A DNA stretch of 64,000 nt from an uncultured delta proteobacterium (lineage in GTDB: Bacteria; Desulfobacterota; Desulfomonilia; UBA1062), in contig CAVVYZ010000001.1 in assembly GCA_963752595.1 (NCBI GenBank), positions 288,001-352,000 of the forward strand, given 5' to 3'. Shown here piece after piece: positions 26,091-35,362 of the stretch. The notes below the pieces were generated by a model. That model worked only from the letters and a program-made list of their open reading frames with translations. It searched no databases and was not told the DNA's origin. Both the position numbers and the translations under genes were made by a program. Position 1 is the stretch's first letter. Every line of letters starts with the position of its first letter.

Positions 26091-27578
26091 ATGAAGAGGG
26101 TTGTCATGCCGTCTCTGATGGTGTGCGTCGTTTTCACGGCCTGCTATGCGGGATGGCTTTCAGGGTACAGTAGACGAGCCAAGATAGAAGCGTCCAATGA
26201 GACTGCTCTTGCCGATCAGGTGATGCAGTTGGATATGTATTACAATGTTCCCCTGATTGAGGGTGATGGGATATTGAGAAGAAATGCGATACCAACATTC
26301 AAATATTCAGGCACTCACAGTAGAACTTACTTCGGCTTCTATGATACGAACGCCACCATTAAAATACGTTACTTTGATAATACAACAAAGGCACTCAGCG
26401 CCGCAACAACGATTGTATCAAGTTGGGGCAGCGGGGATGATCATTCTGTACCGTCTGTAATCGTCTTGCAGCGACAAACGGGCGATTACGCAAGTCACAA
26501 TGGTAAAGTCCTTGTGGCTGCTGGTGAGCATGGAACCGTATTAAATGGAAGGGTGATGGGGTGGAGGTCATCTAGCGCGGAGTCGATTTCCTCTTTTGAG
26601 ACTGGAGTCAGCATAGAGGACAAGAGTGGGACGTACACGTTCCTTGTTGAAGATAGCGCCGGTAAAATATATCTATTCTATCGTCTTACAAGTTTTCCTA
26701 GTGTGAATCACTTTTCTTGGTATTATAAGACGTCTACGGATGCTGGCACAACATGGAGTTCAAGAACCCTGCTATGGGATGCAGGAGATGCTCATTCGTA
26801 TATCATGGTCTACCCGACTAATGGAGGCGAGGATATACATCTCGCTTTCAATGCAGCTTTTCACGGCGAGCCATATGTCGGGTACAGCAGATATAGAGAC
26901 ATATATTATGCAAGATATGATGTATCCGGGGCAAAGTGGTACAAGGCCGACGGAACCACTGAAATAGCCCTGCCGATGGACACATCCACCGCAGGGAGTA
27001 TTCCCGATGTTGTTCATACCACCGCAGCGACCCATTGGGAATTTCTAGGTGAAGTAAAGGTCATCGACGGATCGCCATACATACTGTCATTTGATGAGGT
27101 TCCGACAGATAACTACCCGTCATCATACGTGCATAGCGATGGGAATGTGTTTTACCACTACTATTCTGGCGGAACGTGGCATACCGAAACAGTTTGTGGC
27201 ACCGGACGATTCGGAACATACAACTATCAGGCCGGGGCAACACTCGACGCCTGGGATGAAAATGTAATCTATGCCTGTGTACCCGATGGAAGTGGTCTTA
27301 CCCAAATGCAGAAATGGGAGAAGGATGGGACATGGGGTAAGACAGAAGATATCACTCAGGCTAGTTCCGGCGATCATTTCTGGCCCTCCTTTGTAAATGG
27401 AGCATCATCCACAGACCTCTTCAAAGTCCTTTGGTGCTACACCGAGAATTACACCATGTATGATGATGGACATTGGACATCATCATTAATGGCCTATCCC
27501 GGCTATAACAATAGCTCAAACATAAAACTCAATAAGGATTCTCGAGTGTTCCCCACACACGTGGGGATGAACCGGTGA
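26091..27578 (+). CDS. Secreted BNR/Asp-box beta-propeller protein (BNR_4-like) embedded in the array; C-terminus supplied by the repeat
   Basis: Signal peptide MKRVV...ACYA; DDHSVPS, GKIYLFYR, STDAGTTWS (Asp-box); ends ...[15 protein letters not shown]. Alternative start at 26058. Confidence 0.75.
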   Translation: MKRVVMPSLMVCVVFTACYAGWLSGYSRRAKIEASNETALADQVMQLDMYYNVPLIEGDGILRRNAIPTFKYSGTHSRTYFGFYDTNATIKIRYFDNTTKALSAATTIVSSWGSGDDHSVPSVIVLQRQTGDYASHNGKVLVAAGEHGTVLNGRVMGWRSSSAESISSFETGVSIEDKSGTYTFLVEDSAGKIYLFYRLTSFPSVNHFSWYYKTSTDAGTTWSSRTLLWDAGDAHSYIMVYPTNGGEDIHLAFNAAFHGEPYVGYSRYRDIYYARYDVSGAKWYKADGTTEIALPMDTSTAGSIPDVVHTTAATHWEFLGEVKVIDGSPYILSFDEVPTDNYPSSYVHSDGNVFYHYYSGGTWHTETVCGTGRFGTYNYQAGATLDAWDENVIYACVPDGSGLTQMQKWEKDGTWGKTEDITQASSGDHFWPSFVNGASSTDLFKVLWCYTENYTMYDDGHWTSSLMAYPGYNNSSNIKLNKDSRVFPTHVGMNR

Positions 27579-27790
27579 GTGGTACGGCAAGCACCATGAG
27601 GGCATAGTGTTCCCCACACACGTGGGGATGAACCGTACGGCTACCCGGCCATTGCCACGCACTTCCTGTGTTCCCCACACACGTGGGGATGAAACGAGAG
27701 ACCCAGATGCAAGATGGAAGAGTGAAAATGGAGAGAGCGCCCAAAGGGAGATACATGAAAGAGTTTCGCGAGGAATAGGAATAGCTCAAC

Positions 27791-27828
27791 CCTGAGCGTC
27801 CCCCGGCTTTGCCGGGGGACTGCTCGGG
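27791..27828. terminator. Strong hairpin between the array and the convergent formate-channel gene
   Basis: gtcccccggc-ttt-gccgggggac perfect 10-bp stem, extended by cctgagc/gctcggg; no clear U-tract. Confidence 0.45.
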
Positions 27829-27887
27829 GAAATTTGCTTGCCTAACCTACTGCAGCAAAGCCGAGGTAAGGGTTTCTTGGGAACTCA

Positions 27888-28715
27888 CTATGACGGTGAC
27901 ATCGTGGACAGCTCTTTTTTAAAGGAATAGAAATAGACGGCACCGATAAAGATGAATCCACCCACAATATTTCCTATTGTTACAGGGATTAAGTTCCACT
28001 GGATGAATTGCGTCCATGAGACATTGGCACCCAACATGATGCCTGCGGGAATGAAATACATGTTTGCGACGCAGTGCTCAAAACCTGAGGAGACGAATGC
28101 CATGATGGGAAACCATATGCCGAAAAACTTTCCGACCATGGACTTTGATGAAAAAGCAAGCAATATTGCAACATTTACGAGCAGGTTACAGGCTATACCC
28201 TTCATGAATGCAGACCAGAGGCCGATGGTACCGGCTGCGATGTAAGGGAGAGTCTTTGCCTCTGCAATAGCGATGGCATTTTGTCCGAAGACCGTTAATT
28301 CCGGGCCGCCGCCTTTGCTGAAGGGACCGACAACCATCAGGTATGCCCAGAAAAGGGAACCGATAAAATTTCCAATATAGACCCAAAACCAGGCATTCCA
28401 CACTTTGCTCCACGTGGATTTTTTTTGAAAGACAGCCATAGGAATAAGCATCGTATCGCCGGTAAAGAGTGACATGCCTGTAAGTACGATGGCAATAAGG
28501 CCTACAGGGAAGACCGCGCCTGCGATAAGGGCCTTGAACCCGGGACCCACTGTTGTATCCAATCCTGTACCGCAGACGGTACAGAGTGCGCCGCCTACCG
28601 CGATAAAAAGCCCTGCCATGAAACTTCTTACCAGGAAATTGCTGGCACCTAAGTTTGCCTTATACATCCCTGCATTTCCAGCCAATTCAACGATTTCAAC
28701 GGGTTTGTGAGCCAT
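27888..28715 (-). CDS. Formate/nitrite transporter (FNT; FdhC/FocA family)
   Basis: VFPVGL, LFTG, GNFIGS, GIACNLLV, GFEHCVANMY, GNIVGG. Confidence 0.92.
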   Translation of the reverse strand: MAHKPVEIVELAGNAGMYKANLGASNFLVRSFMAGLFIAVGGALCTVCGTGLDTTVGPGFKALIAGAVFPVGLIAIVLTGMSLFTGDTMLIPMAVFQKKSTWSKVWNAWFWVYIGNFIGSLFWAYLMVVGPFSKGGGPELTVFGQNAIAIAEAKTLPYIAAGTIGLWSAFMKGIACNLLVNVAILLAFSSKSMVGKFFGIWFPIMAFVSSGFEHCVANMYFIPAGIMLGANVSWTQFIQWNLIPVTIGNIVGGFIFIGAVYFYSFKKELSTMSPS

Positions 28716-28911
28716 TTGTTCCTCCTCAAAGTTGATTAGAACTTTCTTTGTGATTCCGGGAGTATATGAAGTAGGAATTTGTGTGTCAAGGAGATTCCGG
28801 CCACAGGGGAAATACCCGAAAGAAGTGCGGATTGTTCATATTAAAAAGTTGATTCACTTTAGTCTTTGTTGTTAGTTTGTTTTAAAAATCATATTTTGCG
28901 GGAGGAATAAG

Positions 28912-29676
28912 ATGGAAACAATAAAGATTATGCCGTGCCTTGATATGAAAGGCGGTCGCGTTGTAAAAGGTGTAAATTTTGTAAATTTGAAAGATGCCGG
29001 CGATCCGGTGGAGAACGCGAAGTTTTATCAAAGCGAGGGTGCTGATGAACTGGCCATGCTCGATATTGCCGCAACGCTTGAAAACAGAAAAACCCGCCTG
29101 GAATGGGTGCAGAATGTTGCAGCTGTTATTTCTATTCCGCTGACGGTCGGCGGCGGTATTGCAAGTCTTGACGATATACATCTGACTCTTTCCGCAGGCG
29201 CTTCAAAGGTATCGATGAACAGCGCCGCCGTTAAAGATCCCTCTCTTATAAAAAATGCTGCACGGGAGTTCGGATCTGAGCGAATAACCGTAGCCGTCGA
29301 TGCGCGCAGAAATAAGGCAATGCCATCGGGGTTTGAACTGGTGGTTTCCGGCGGCACCAAACCTGTCGGCAAGGATGCCATTGCCTGGGCGCGGGAGTGC
29401 CAGGATCTGGGCGCGGGCATCATTCTGCCGACCAGTATGGATGGCGACGGCACGCTTAAAGGCTTTGACCTTGAGTTCACAAAGGCCATCGCAGATGCGG
29501 TCACCGTACCGGTAGTCGCATCCGGCGGCGCCGGAACACTAGATCATTTTTACGACGGGGTGGTAAAAGGCGGCGCTCAGGTCCTGCTGGCGGCATCGGT
29601 ATTTCATTTCAGAACTTTTCGTATCAGGGAAGTGAAAGAATATCTTCGCAGCCGGGGTCTGCAGGTCAATCTCTAA
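28912..29676 (+). CDS. hisF: Imidazole glycerol phosphate synthase cyclase subunit
   Basis: IMPCLD..GRVVKGVNF, GDPVE, PLTVGGG, TSMDGDGT, ASGGAG, LAASVFH. Confidence 0.93.
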   Translation: METIKIMPCLDMKGGRVVKGVNFVNLKDAGDPVENAKFYQSEGADELAMLDIAATLENRKTRLEWVQNVAAVISIPLTVGGGIASLDDIHLTLSAGASKVSMNSAAVKDPSLIKNAAREFGSERITVAVDARRNKAMPSGFELVVSGGTKPVGKDAIAWARECQDLGAGIILPTSMDGDGTLKGFDLEFTKAIADAVTVPVVASGGAGTLDHFYDGVVKGGAQVLLAASVFHFRTFRIREVKEYLRSRGLQVNL

Positions 29677-29823
29677 CAATGAACCGGCAGAGGTACGAGG
29701 GGATGTCCGTAACGAAATAACTAACTTTTGGTCAAGACCGGAGGAGGCATCCCTGGGATGGAAAGCTGATTTAGATGATTCAAGCAAAATACCCCTGGCT
29801 GACTCTCCCGGATAATGCCGGGG

Positions 29824-32106
29824 TCAATGCTCCTTGTTCTTTCCGGGAATCCTCTTGCCGTCAGTTTTCTTTTTCAAAGCGACGCGAGAGAGGTCTTTGT
29901 CAAGATTCAGGAATCTCATGTCTCCATTTATGACTTCTCGTTGTTCTTTTGCAGGAATCTCTTCTTCTTTGAAATCATACTGGGGGAGATAGATATCGAA
30001 AGTAGTTCCTTGCCCAGGGGTGCTCGTACAGTTGACGGCTCCTCCGTGGTTTACTACGATGCCGTGCACGATCGATAAGCCCAGGCCTGTGCCCTGGCTT
30101 TTCCATTTGGTGGTGAAATATGGGTCGAAAACACGCGCCATGGCCTCAGGCGATATCCCATGCCCGGTATCCCTGACGGTAAGCTTCATATACTGTCCGG
30201 CCGTCACATCCAGATCGAGGGCGGCAGCATCGTCAACAAGAACCGATTGAAGGTTTACATCCAGCTCTCCACCGGTTTTATCCATGGCATAGGCCGCATT
30301 GGTTAAGAGATTTGTCATGATCAGGTGAATCTGCACAGGATCTCCGAGGATGACCTGCGGCCCCATAAGATTTTCCCGGATCCTGATGTTTGCAGGCACT
30401 GAGGGCTGCAGCAGTTTCAATGACTCCTTGATTGTGGAGCTGAGTACGATTGGTGAATATTTCTTTTCCGGATGGCGGCTGAAAGCCAGGATATGATTCA
30501 CCAGGTCTCTGGCTCGATACGCTGCGTTGCGAACTTCATTGAGGTCGCTCCGAACCACGCTCAAGTCCTTGTCTTCTTTCTTTATCGCCATAAAATCTTT
30601 TATGGACATCTTCGTGTACCCGATGATGGACGTCAGGATATTATTGAAATCATGCGCGATGCCTCTCGATAATGTTCCGATGGCTTCCATTTTCTGAGAT
30701 TTGATATCGAGCCTTTTCTTTTCTTCTTCAATTCGTTTGAGGGCGGTTATATCCGTCATGACCATGACCATGCAGTCTTCTCCGCCATAGTGTACCGGCC
30801 TGGCGGATATGATTGTATCGAGGATGACCCCGTCTTTCCTGCGGCAGCGATGCTCTATGTTGTCAATCGGTTCCTTGTTTTTCAAGAGTTCCGTACATTG
30901 CTCGATGTCCTCCGGTGCGGCAGGCAGGTTCAGCTCAAACGGCGTCTTACCGACTGTGTCTTCAAGGGAGTATCCGGTATTTTTGCAAAAGGCATCGTTT
31001 ATATAAATATATCTGGAATCATCAGCACTCACGATGCTCACGGCATCAGGCATGCTCTGCAACGTGATACGATACCTTTCCTCATTCTCCTGCAATGTTT
31101 TCTGCAATGTGGTGCGCTCGGTTATGTCTCTTGCGACGGTTATCTCCCCCACTATATTATTATCCCGTACGAGGGGCACCCCGCTCACTTCGCCATATTT
31201 CCTTGCCCCGTCTTTCGTAACAAACTCGTAGACGGAAGAATAGACCGTCTCGCCGGAGAGCACCTTCAAGGCATTGTTTATTGCTTCCTTCATACAGTCA
31301 GGATGCAGCACATTAAGATCCAGGAAGGTCTTGCCTACCAGTTCCTCAGGCTTATATCCGAGGTTGCGCTCGACATTCGGGGTGACGCTCTGAACTCTGA
31401 ACTGTTTATCGTAAGAGAGCATGACATCGTTGCTGAGCGAAAAATATATGCGATACTTCTCTTCGCTTTCACGCAGCCTGGCTTCAGCTTCCTTGCGTTC
31501 CGCTATCTCTTTCTTCAGTTGTTCGTTTGCCTTGATCAGCTCTGAGGTACGCTCCCTGACCAGTTCTTCAAGCCGGTCGCGATGTTTCCTGAGCTCTTCC
31601 TCAGCCCGCTTCCGTTCGGAAATATCACGGGTGATTCCCATAATGTCCTTGATCCTGCCTGCTTCACCATAGAGAGGATTCATGGTCATTTCCGTCCAGA
31701 AGGTGGAACCGTCTTTGCGGATCATCTCAAACTCGGTGGTGAAGGACCAGTCCGGGCCGTGATGATGCCCGCCGATCTCCAAAAGCCGCTCTCTCTCGAA
31801 CAGCTCCAAGGCTTTTCTTGCAGATTCGGGGGTCAGCACCTCATCGAGCTTCTGTTTCATGGCCTCCTCGACGCTGTATCCCCTCAGCCGTTTGACCGAT
31901 GGACTCACATAGGTGTAGCCAAGATTGAGGTCGAAGACCCAGACCACGTCATGGGCATTTTCTACAAGGTTGCGGTATCGCTCTTCGCTCCCCCGCATGG
32001 CCTCTTCCATATGATTGCACTCATAAAGAGACTTCTCCAGCTCAGAGATACGCCGGCGTGCATCGGACAACTCTCTTTTGAGCCGTTCCACGGTCTCTTT
32101 TCTCAT
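29824..32106 (-). CDS. Multi-PAS sensor histidine kinase
   Basis: Three PAS/PAC domains, GIAHDFNNIL H-box, NLLTNA, DTGHG, FDPYFTTK, GTGLGL; no complete receiver domain. Confidence 0.9.
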   Translation of the reverse strand: MRKETVERLKRELSDARRRISELEKSLYECNHMEEAMRGSEERYRNLVENAHDVVWVFDLNLGYTYVSPSVKRLRGYSVEEAMKQKLDEVLTPESARKALELFERERLLEIGGHHHGPDWSFTTEFEMIRKDGSTFWTEMTMNPLYGEAGRIKDIMGITRDISERKRAEEELRKHRDRLEELVRERTSELIKANEQLKKEIAERKEAEARLRESEEKYRIYFSLSNDVMLSYDKQFRVQSVTPNVERNLGYKPEELVGKTFLDLNVLHPDCMKEAINNALKVLSGETVYSSVYEFVTKDGARKYGEVSGVPLVRDNNIVGEITVARDITERTTLQKTLQENEERYRITLQSMPDAVSIVSADDSRYIYINDAFCKNTGYSLEDTVGKTPFELNLPAAPEDIEQCTELLKNKEPIDNIEHRCRRKDGVILDTIISARPVHYGGEDCMVMVMTDITALKRIEEEKKRLDIKSQKMEAIGTLSRGIAHDFNNILTSIIGYTKMSIKDFMAIKKEDKDLSVVRSDLNEVRNAAYRARDLVNHILAFSRHPEKKYSPIVLSSTIKESLKLLQPSVPANIRIRENLMGPQVILGDPVQIHLIMTNLLTNAAYAMDKTGGELDVNLQSVLVDDAAALDLDVTAGQYMKLTVRDTGHGISPEAMARVFDPYFTTKWKSQGTGLGLSIVHGIVVNHGGAVNCTSTPGQGTTFDIYLPQYDFKEEEIPAKEQREVINGDMRFLNLDKDLSRVALKKKTDGKRIPGKNKEH

Positions 32107-32379
32107 GGAATACCTCCCATACTGATATCATTAAATACTTCATTAATTATTATAACCGTTCAGTTAGTAATGGCAATTATTCCCCATGTCAATAGCCGGA
32201 GCAGCGAGCAGGACCGGGCTATTGGGGCACCTGTATTTTTCATGATGACGGCGGTTGCCTGCAGCAGCATTTTTACCACACCGATATAAAAAATACTTAC
32301 AAGCCCCAGGGATTATCGGGAGCATAGATTAAAAAATAGACGCGGGGGAAGCAGCTGCTTCCCCCGGATTATTTGAGAT

Positions 32380-32937
32380 GCCCTTTGTCGTCGGTCTTGG
32401 CCCGGCCGTCCTCGGTGTCGTTGGACATCACTGGAGCAAAGGCCCGTTGTCCTGATGTCGTTGGAAAAGACTTGCGCGTTGGCCTCCACAACCTGGGCCA
32501 TGGCTTCCTTCTGGACAATGGTGAACCCGTACTTGCCGGTAAATTCGGTCCACAGCTCGACCCAGATTTCCTTGCCGTCCTTGATACTTGAAGGTTTCCT
32601 TGTTCCTGTCGGCGCCGACGATGGTGCCGCCGATTTTCTGGACCGCATTCTCGTAGTTGCGGCGGATCTGGAGCTCGCTTGGTTTCTGTTTGGCATCACT
32701 GTTCGGGTAGAAGGTGATCTTATAGAACTTTCCCTCGACCGAGGTGGTCTTCCCCTTTCCGCTTACGAAATTATAGTCGTCGAACTGCCTCTGATCGCAG
32801 TTGTAGGCCCAGGATTCCGGCATCTTGGAAAAGAGCGTAAAGTCCTTGCATTTGGCATTGTCCGTCTGTGCAGCATAAAGGCTGGTTGCCATAAGGAGAA
32901 GCAATATGCTCCCCGCAATCGCAGTGATTTTTTTCAT
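32380..32937 (-). pseudogene. OmpA-family-like exported protein, C-terminally truncated and frameshifted
   Basis: Signal peptide, SELQIRRNYENA, frameshift near 32585; sequence decays where an OmpA domain would start. Confidence 0.5.
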
Positions 32938-33414
32938 GGTCTTCCTCCTCTGGGTTGTTTCTTTAGAATTTGGCCTTGACGAAGTTTTCCAGGATCTCGA
33001 CAGCTGCAGCCCGCGCAGCCTCCCGGCTTATGGATCCGTCGATGTTGACGGTGATCTTGGTGGAATCGGTATGTGCGACACCGATGAGCCATGCCGAGGG
33101 CTTTGATTGTTTGAACTCTTCGGAACAGTCTGTGTAGTAGTCAAATACATGATCGTGCCGCCCTTGACCTTTTCTGTCCTGATCGGGTTCATACTCACGA
33201 GTTTGGAGTTGGGGCCGCGATCCTGATCCCCCTCCTTGCCCCGAAGGTTCTCGAACTTATGTTTTTCATTCTGAATCGTCTGCTGCTCCCCGAATCAACC
33301 TGCATTTTGAGGATGAAACCGTCGCCAGTGTAACGCTGCACATCAAACGTGGTGTGCACGGTGCCTTCAGTAAGAAGTGGAATTATTGACAAGGGCAAAA
33401 CCCAATTAATCCCC

Positions 33415-34302
33415 TTATCCGTCCTGAGAAGGCCGCTCCTGCTTCGGTCCGGTTCGGCCGGGGAAGAAGGCAAGGATCGGCCCGGGAATAAGATCCGAAG
33501 CCCTGCGGGTGAGCAGCCGCGTGACCGTTGACAGGACCTTCCTGGGAAGGTGCCTTGCAAACACCAGGTAGAAGATCTTGTTGACCAGGCCCGGCACATA
33601 GAGCTCCTCTCCCTTCATGAATGCCTCGACTCCCTGGCGCGTGACCTCTTCGATGCTCATGAAGGAGATCTTCATCGGGATGTAGTCGCTGGGAATGCTT
33701 GCATCTTCGATGAGATGGGTCTTCGTGAACGCAGGGTTGAGCGTGGAGATCACGACCCTGCTTCTCCCCGGCAGCTCTTCGCGCAAGGCCTCGGTCAGGC
33801 TCTGGGTGAAGGCCTTGGTCGCTGCATAGAGGGCCAGCGTGGGCACGGGCTGAAAGGCGGACACCGAGGATACGTTCAGGATGCCGCCTTCATTGCGTTC
33901 GATCATGGCAGGCAGGAAGAGGCGGCTCAGCTTCGCATATGCCATGCAGTTGAGCAGAAGCATGCTCTGGAGGCGATCCAGAGGCATGTCCCGATAATTT
34001 CCGAACCAGCATATCCCGGCATTGTTTACGAGTACATGTATGTCCGCTCCCTCGCCGGCTACCATGGCATGGAGCCTTTCAGGGCCGTCCGGGTCGGTGA
34101 GATCCGCACAGAAGGTCCATGTCTTTATCCCATAGGTATTGCTGAGTCCTTCAGCGCACTTTACCAGGTTTTCTTCTTCTCTCGGATGGTCTGCCAGAAA
34201 AAGGTTGGCCCCTTCACGGGCAAAGCACTCCGCCAGCCCTTTCCCGATGCCCATGGACGAGCCGGTTATGAGTACGTTTTTCCCCTTCACCTGAAGCTTC
34301 AT
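33415..34302 (-). CDS. Short-chain dehydrogenase/reductase
   Basis: ITGSSMGIG, NNAG, YAATK. Confidence 0.92.
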   Translation of the reverse strand: MKLQVKGKNVLITGSSMGIGKGLAECFAREGANLFLADHPREEENLVKCAEGLSNTYGIKTWTFCADLTDPDGPERLHAMVAGEGADIHVLVNNAGICWFGNYRDMPLDRLQSMLLLNCMAYAKLSRLFLPAMIERNEGGILNVSSVSAFQPVPTLALYAATKAFTQSLTEALREELPGRSRVVISTLNPAFTKTHLIEDASIPSDYIPMKISFMSIEEVTRQGVEAFMKGEELYVPGLVNKIFYLVFARHLPRKVLSTVTRLLTRRASDLIPGPILAFFPGRTGPKQERPSQDG

Positions 34303-34339
34303 GCTGCCTCCCTTTCATGAAAAAAATAACACGGATCTT

Positions 34340-35295
34340 TTACCGTTTGAGCCCGGACTCCTTCACGTGCCGGGCAAAGTTATCAAAGGCTTCTCTGGTA
34401 GTGTACCTGAAGCGATAACCGAGCTCTCCCTTCACCTTGGCGTTGCTTGCGATCCAGGGAAAACGGATCATGTTCAGGCATGGGCTGGGGAACTCGGTCA
34501 TGAAGGTGACCCGTAAGTGCCACATGAGATTATTCAGGGGCCACAGGAGCCATACCGGTAGTTTAAGGACATAGCCTCCGAGGATGCGCACCATCTCTTC
34601 AAAATTCATGGTGCCGTCTGCTGCAAGGTTGTAGATGCCCGCTTTCTTTTCCTTAAGCAGGAGTACATGAGCTCCACGAGATCGTCCTCATGGATAAACT
34701 GGAAGGGTGCAGTTTTGAGCGGCATGATGCAGATCTTTTTGCAGAGGTGCCGGGCCAGGGGGTTGGTGAACCCTGGTCCGCAGACGAAACAGGGGCGGAC
34801 GGTAATCAGGCGGATCTCCGGGTGCTCTTTCTCGAACTGGAACGTCCACTGCCCCAGCTCCCGCTTGTTTTTTGCATAGGTGAAGTCTTCGTTCCCCTTA
34901 AGCGGACTCTCCTCGGTCAGGAGCGTCGGGTTGTCGGGATGGAAGCCGTAGGCCGTGGTCGAGGAGCAGTCGAGAATCTCCCTCACCCCGTATCGGGCAG
35001 CCGTATTCATGACATTCTTCGTCCCGTTTATATTGATGTCCTCCATCAGTGCGACATCATGGATGGGGGGCAGGATGTATGCCGTATGGATAACGCAGTC
35101 GATGTCACTTCCCTCGAACACCGGTTTCAGATCATCCCGGACGTCGCACCTGATGAATGTGAACTTGGGCGAGCCGCCCGAAGGCGGCCTGATGTCGATC
35201 CCGGTGATACGCTCCACCTCGGGCCTTGACTGGAAGAACGACACCAGCTTCTGCCCGAAATAGCCCGAAGCCCCTGTGATGAGGATATACTTCAT
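34340..35295 (-). CDS. NAD-dependent epimerase/dehydratase (extended SDR), frameshift near 34640
   Basis: ITGASGYFG, SSTTAYG, YAKNK, FQFIHEDD; continues in ORF 34340-34609. Confidence 0.85.
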
Positions 35296-35362
35296 GGGAA
35301 TTCCCCAATTTATCCAATATATGCATCCTGCTTAAAAAAGCCATAGTTCATTCAGCCGGTGC

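Larger units (their letters stand above)
20716..27696 (+). CRISPR. Type I-E CRISPR array: 88 repeats (GTGTTCCCCACACACGTGGGGATGAACCG), 86 short spacers (29-36 nt) and one 1558-bp insert
   Basis: Manual count: 85 repeats at 20716-25987, then repeats at 27546, 27607 and 27668. The terminal repeat is degenerate (...GAAACG). Leader position and degenerate trailer give + orientation. Confidence 0.97.

Noticed and set aside
25988-27545. Giant spacer as an IS or MITE insertion
   Set aside because: No transposase, no terminal inverted repeats, no split repeat, and the ORF is cut at the boundary.
27511-27545. Insert formed by double recombination between two ordinary spacers and a phage genome
   Set aside because: The last 32 nt are preceded by ATA, not an AAG-type PAM. 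Disfavoured but not excluded, since this system's PAM is assumed.
20745-27667. Self-targeting or duplicated spacers
   Set aside because: No exact match noticed by eye. This needs alignment, and the central spacers may be unreliable.
32970-33350. Possible small frameshifted gene on the - strand
   Set aside because: Protein-like fragments are present, but I could not assign boundaries or a family.
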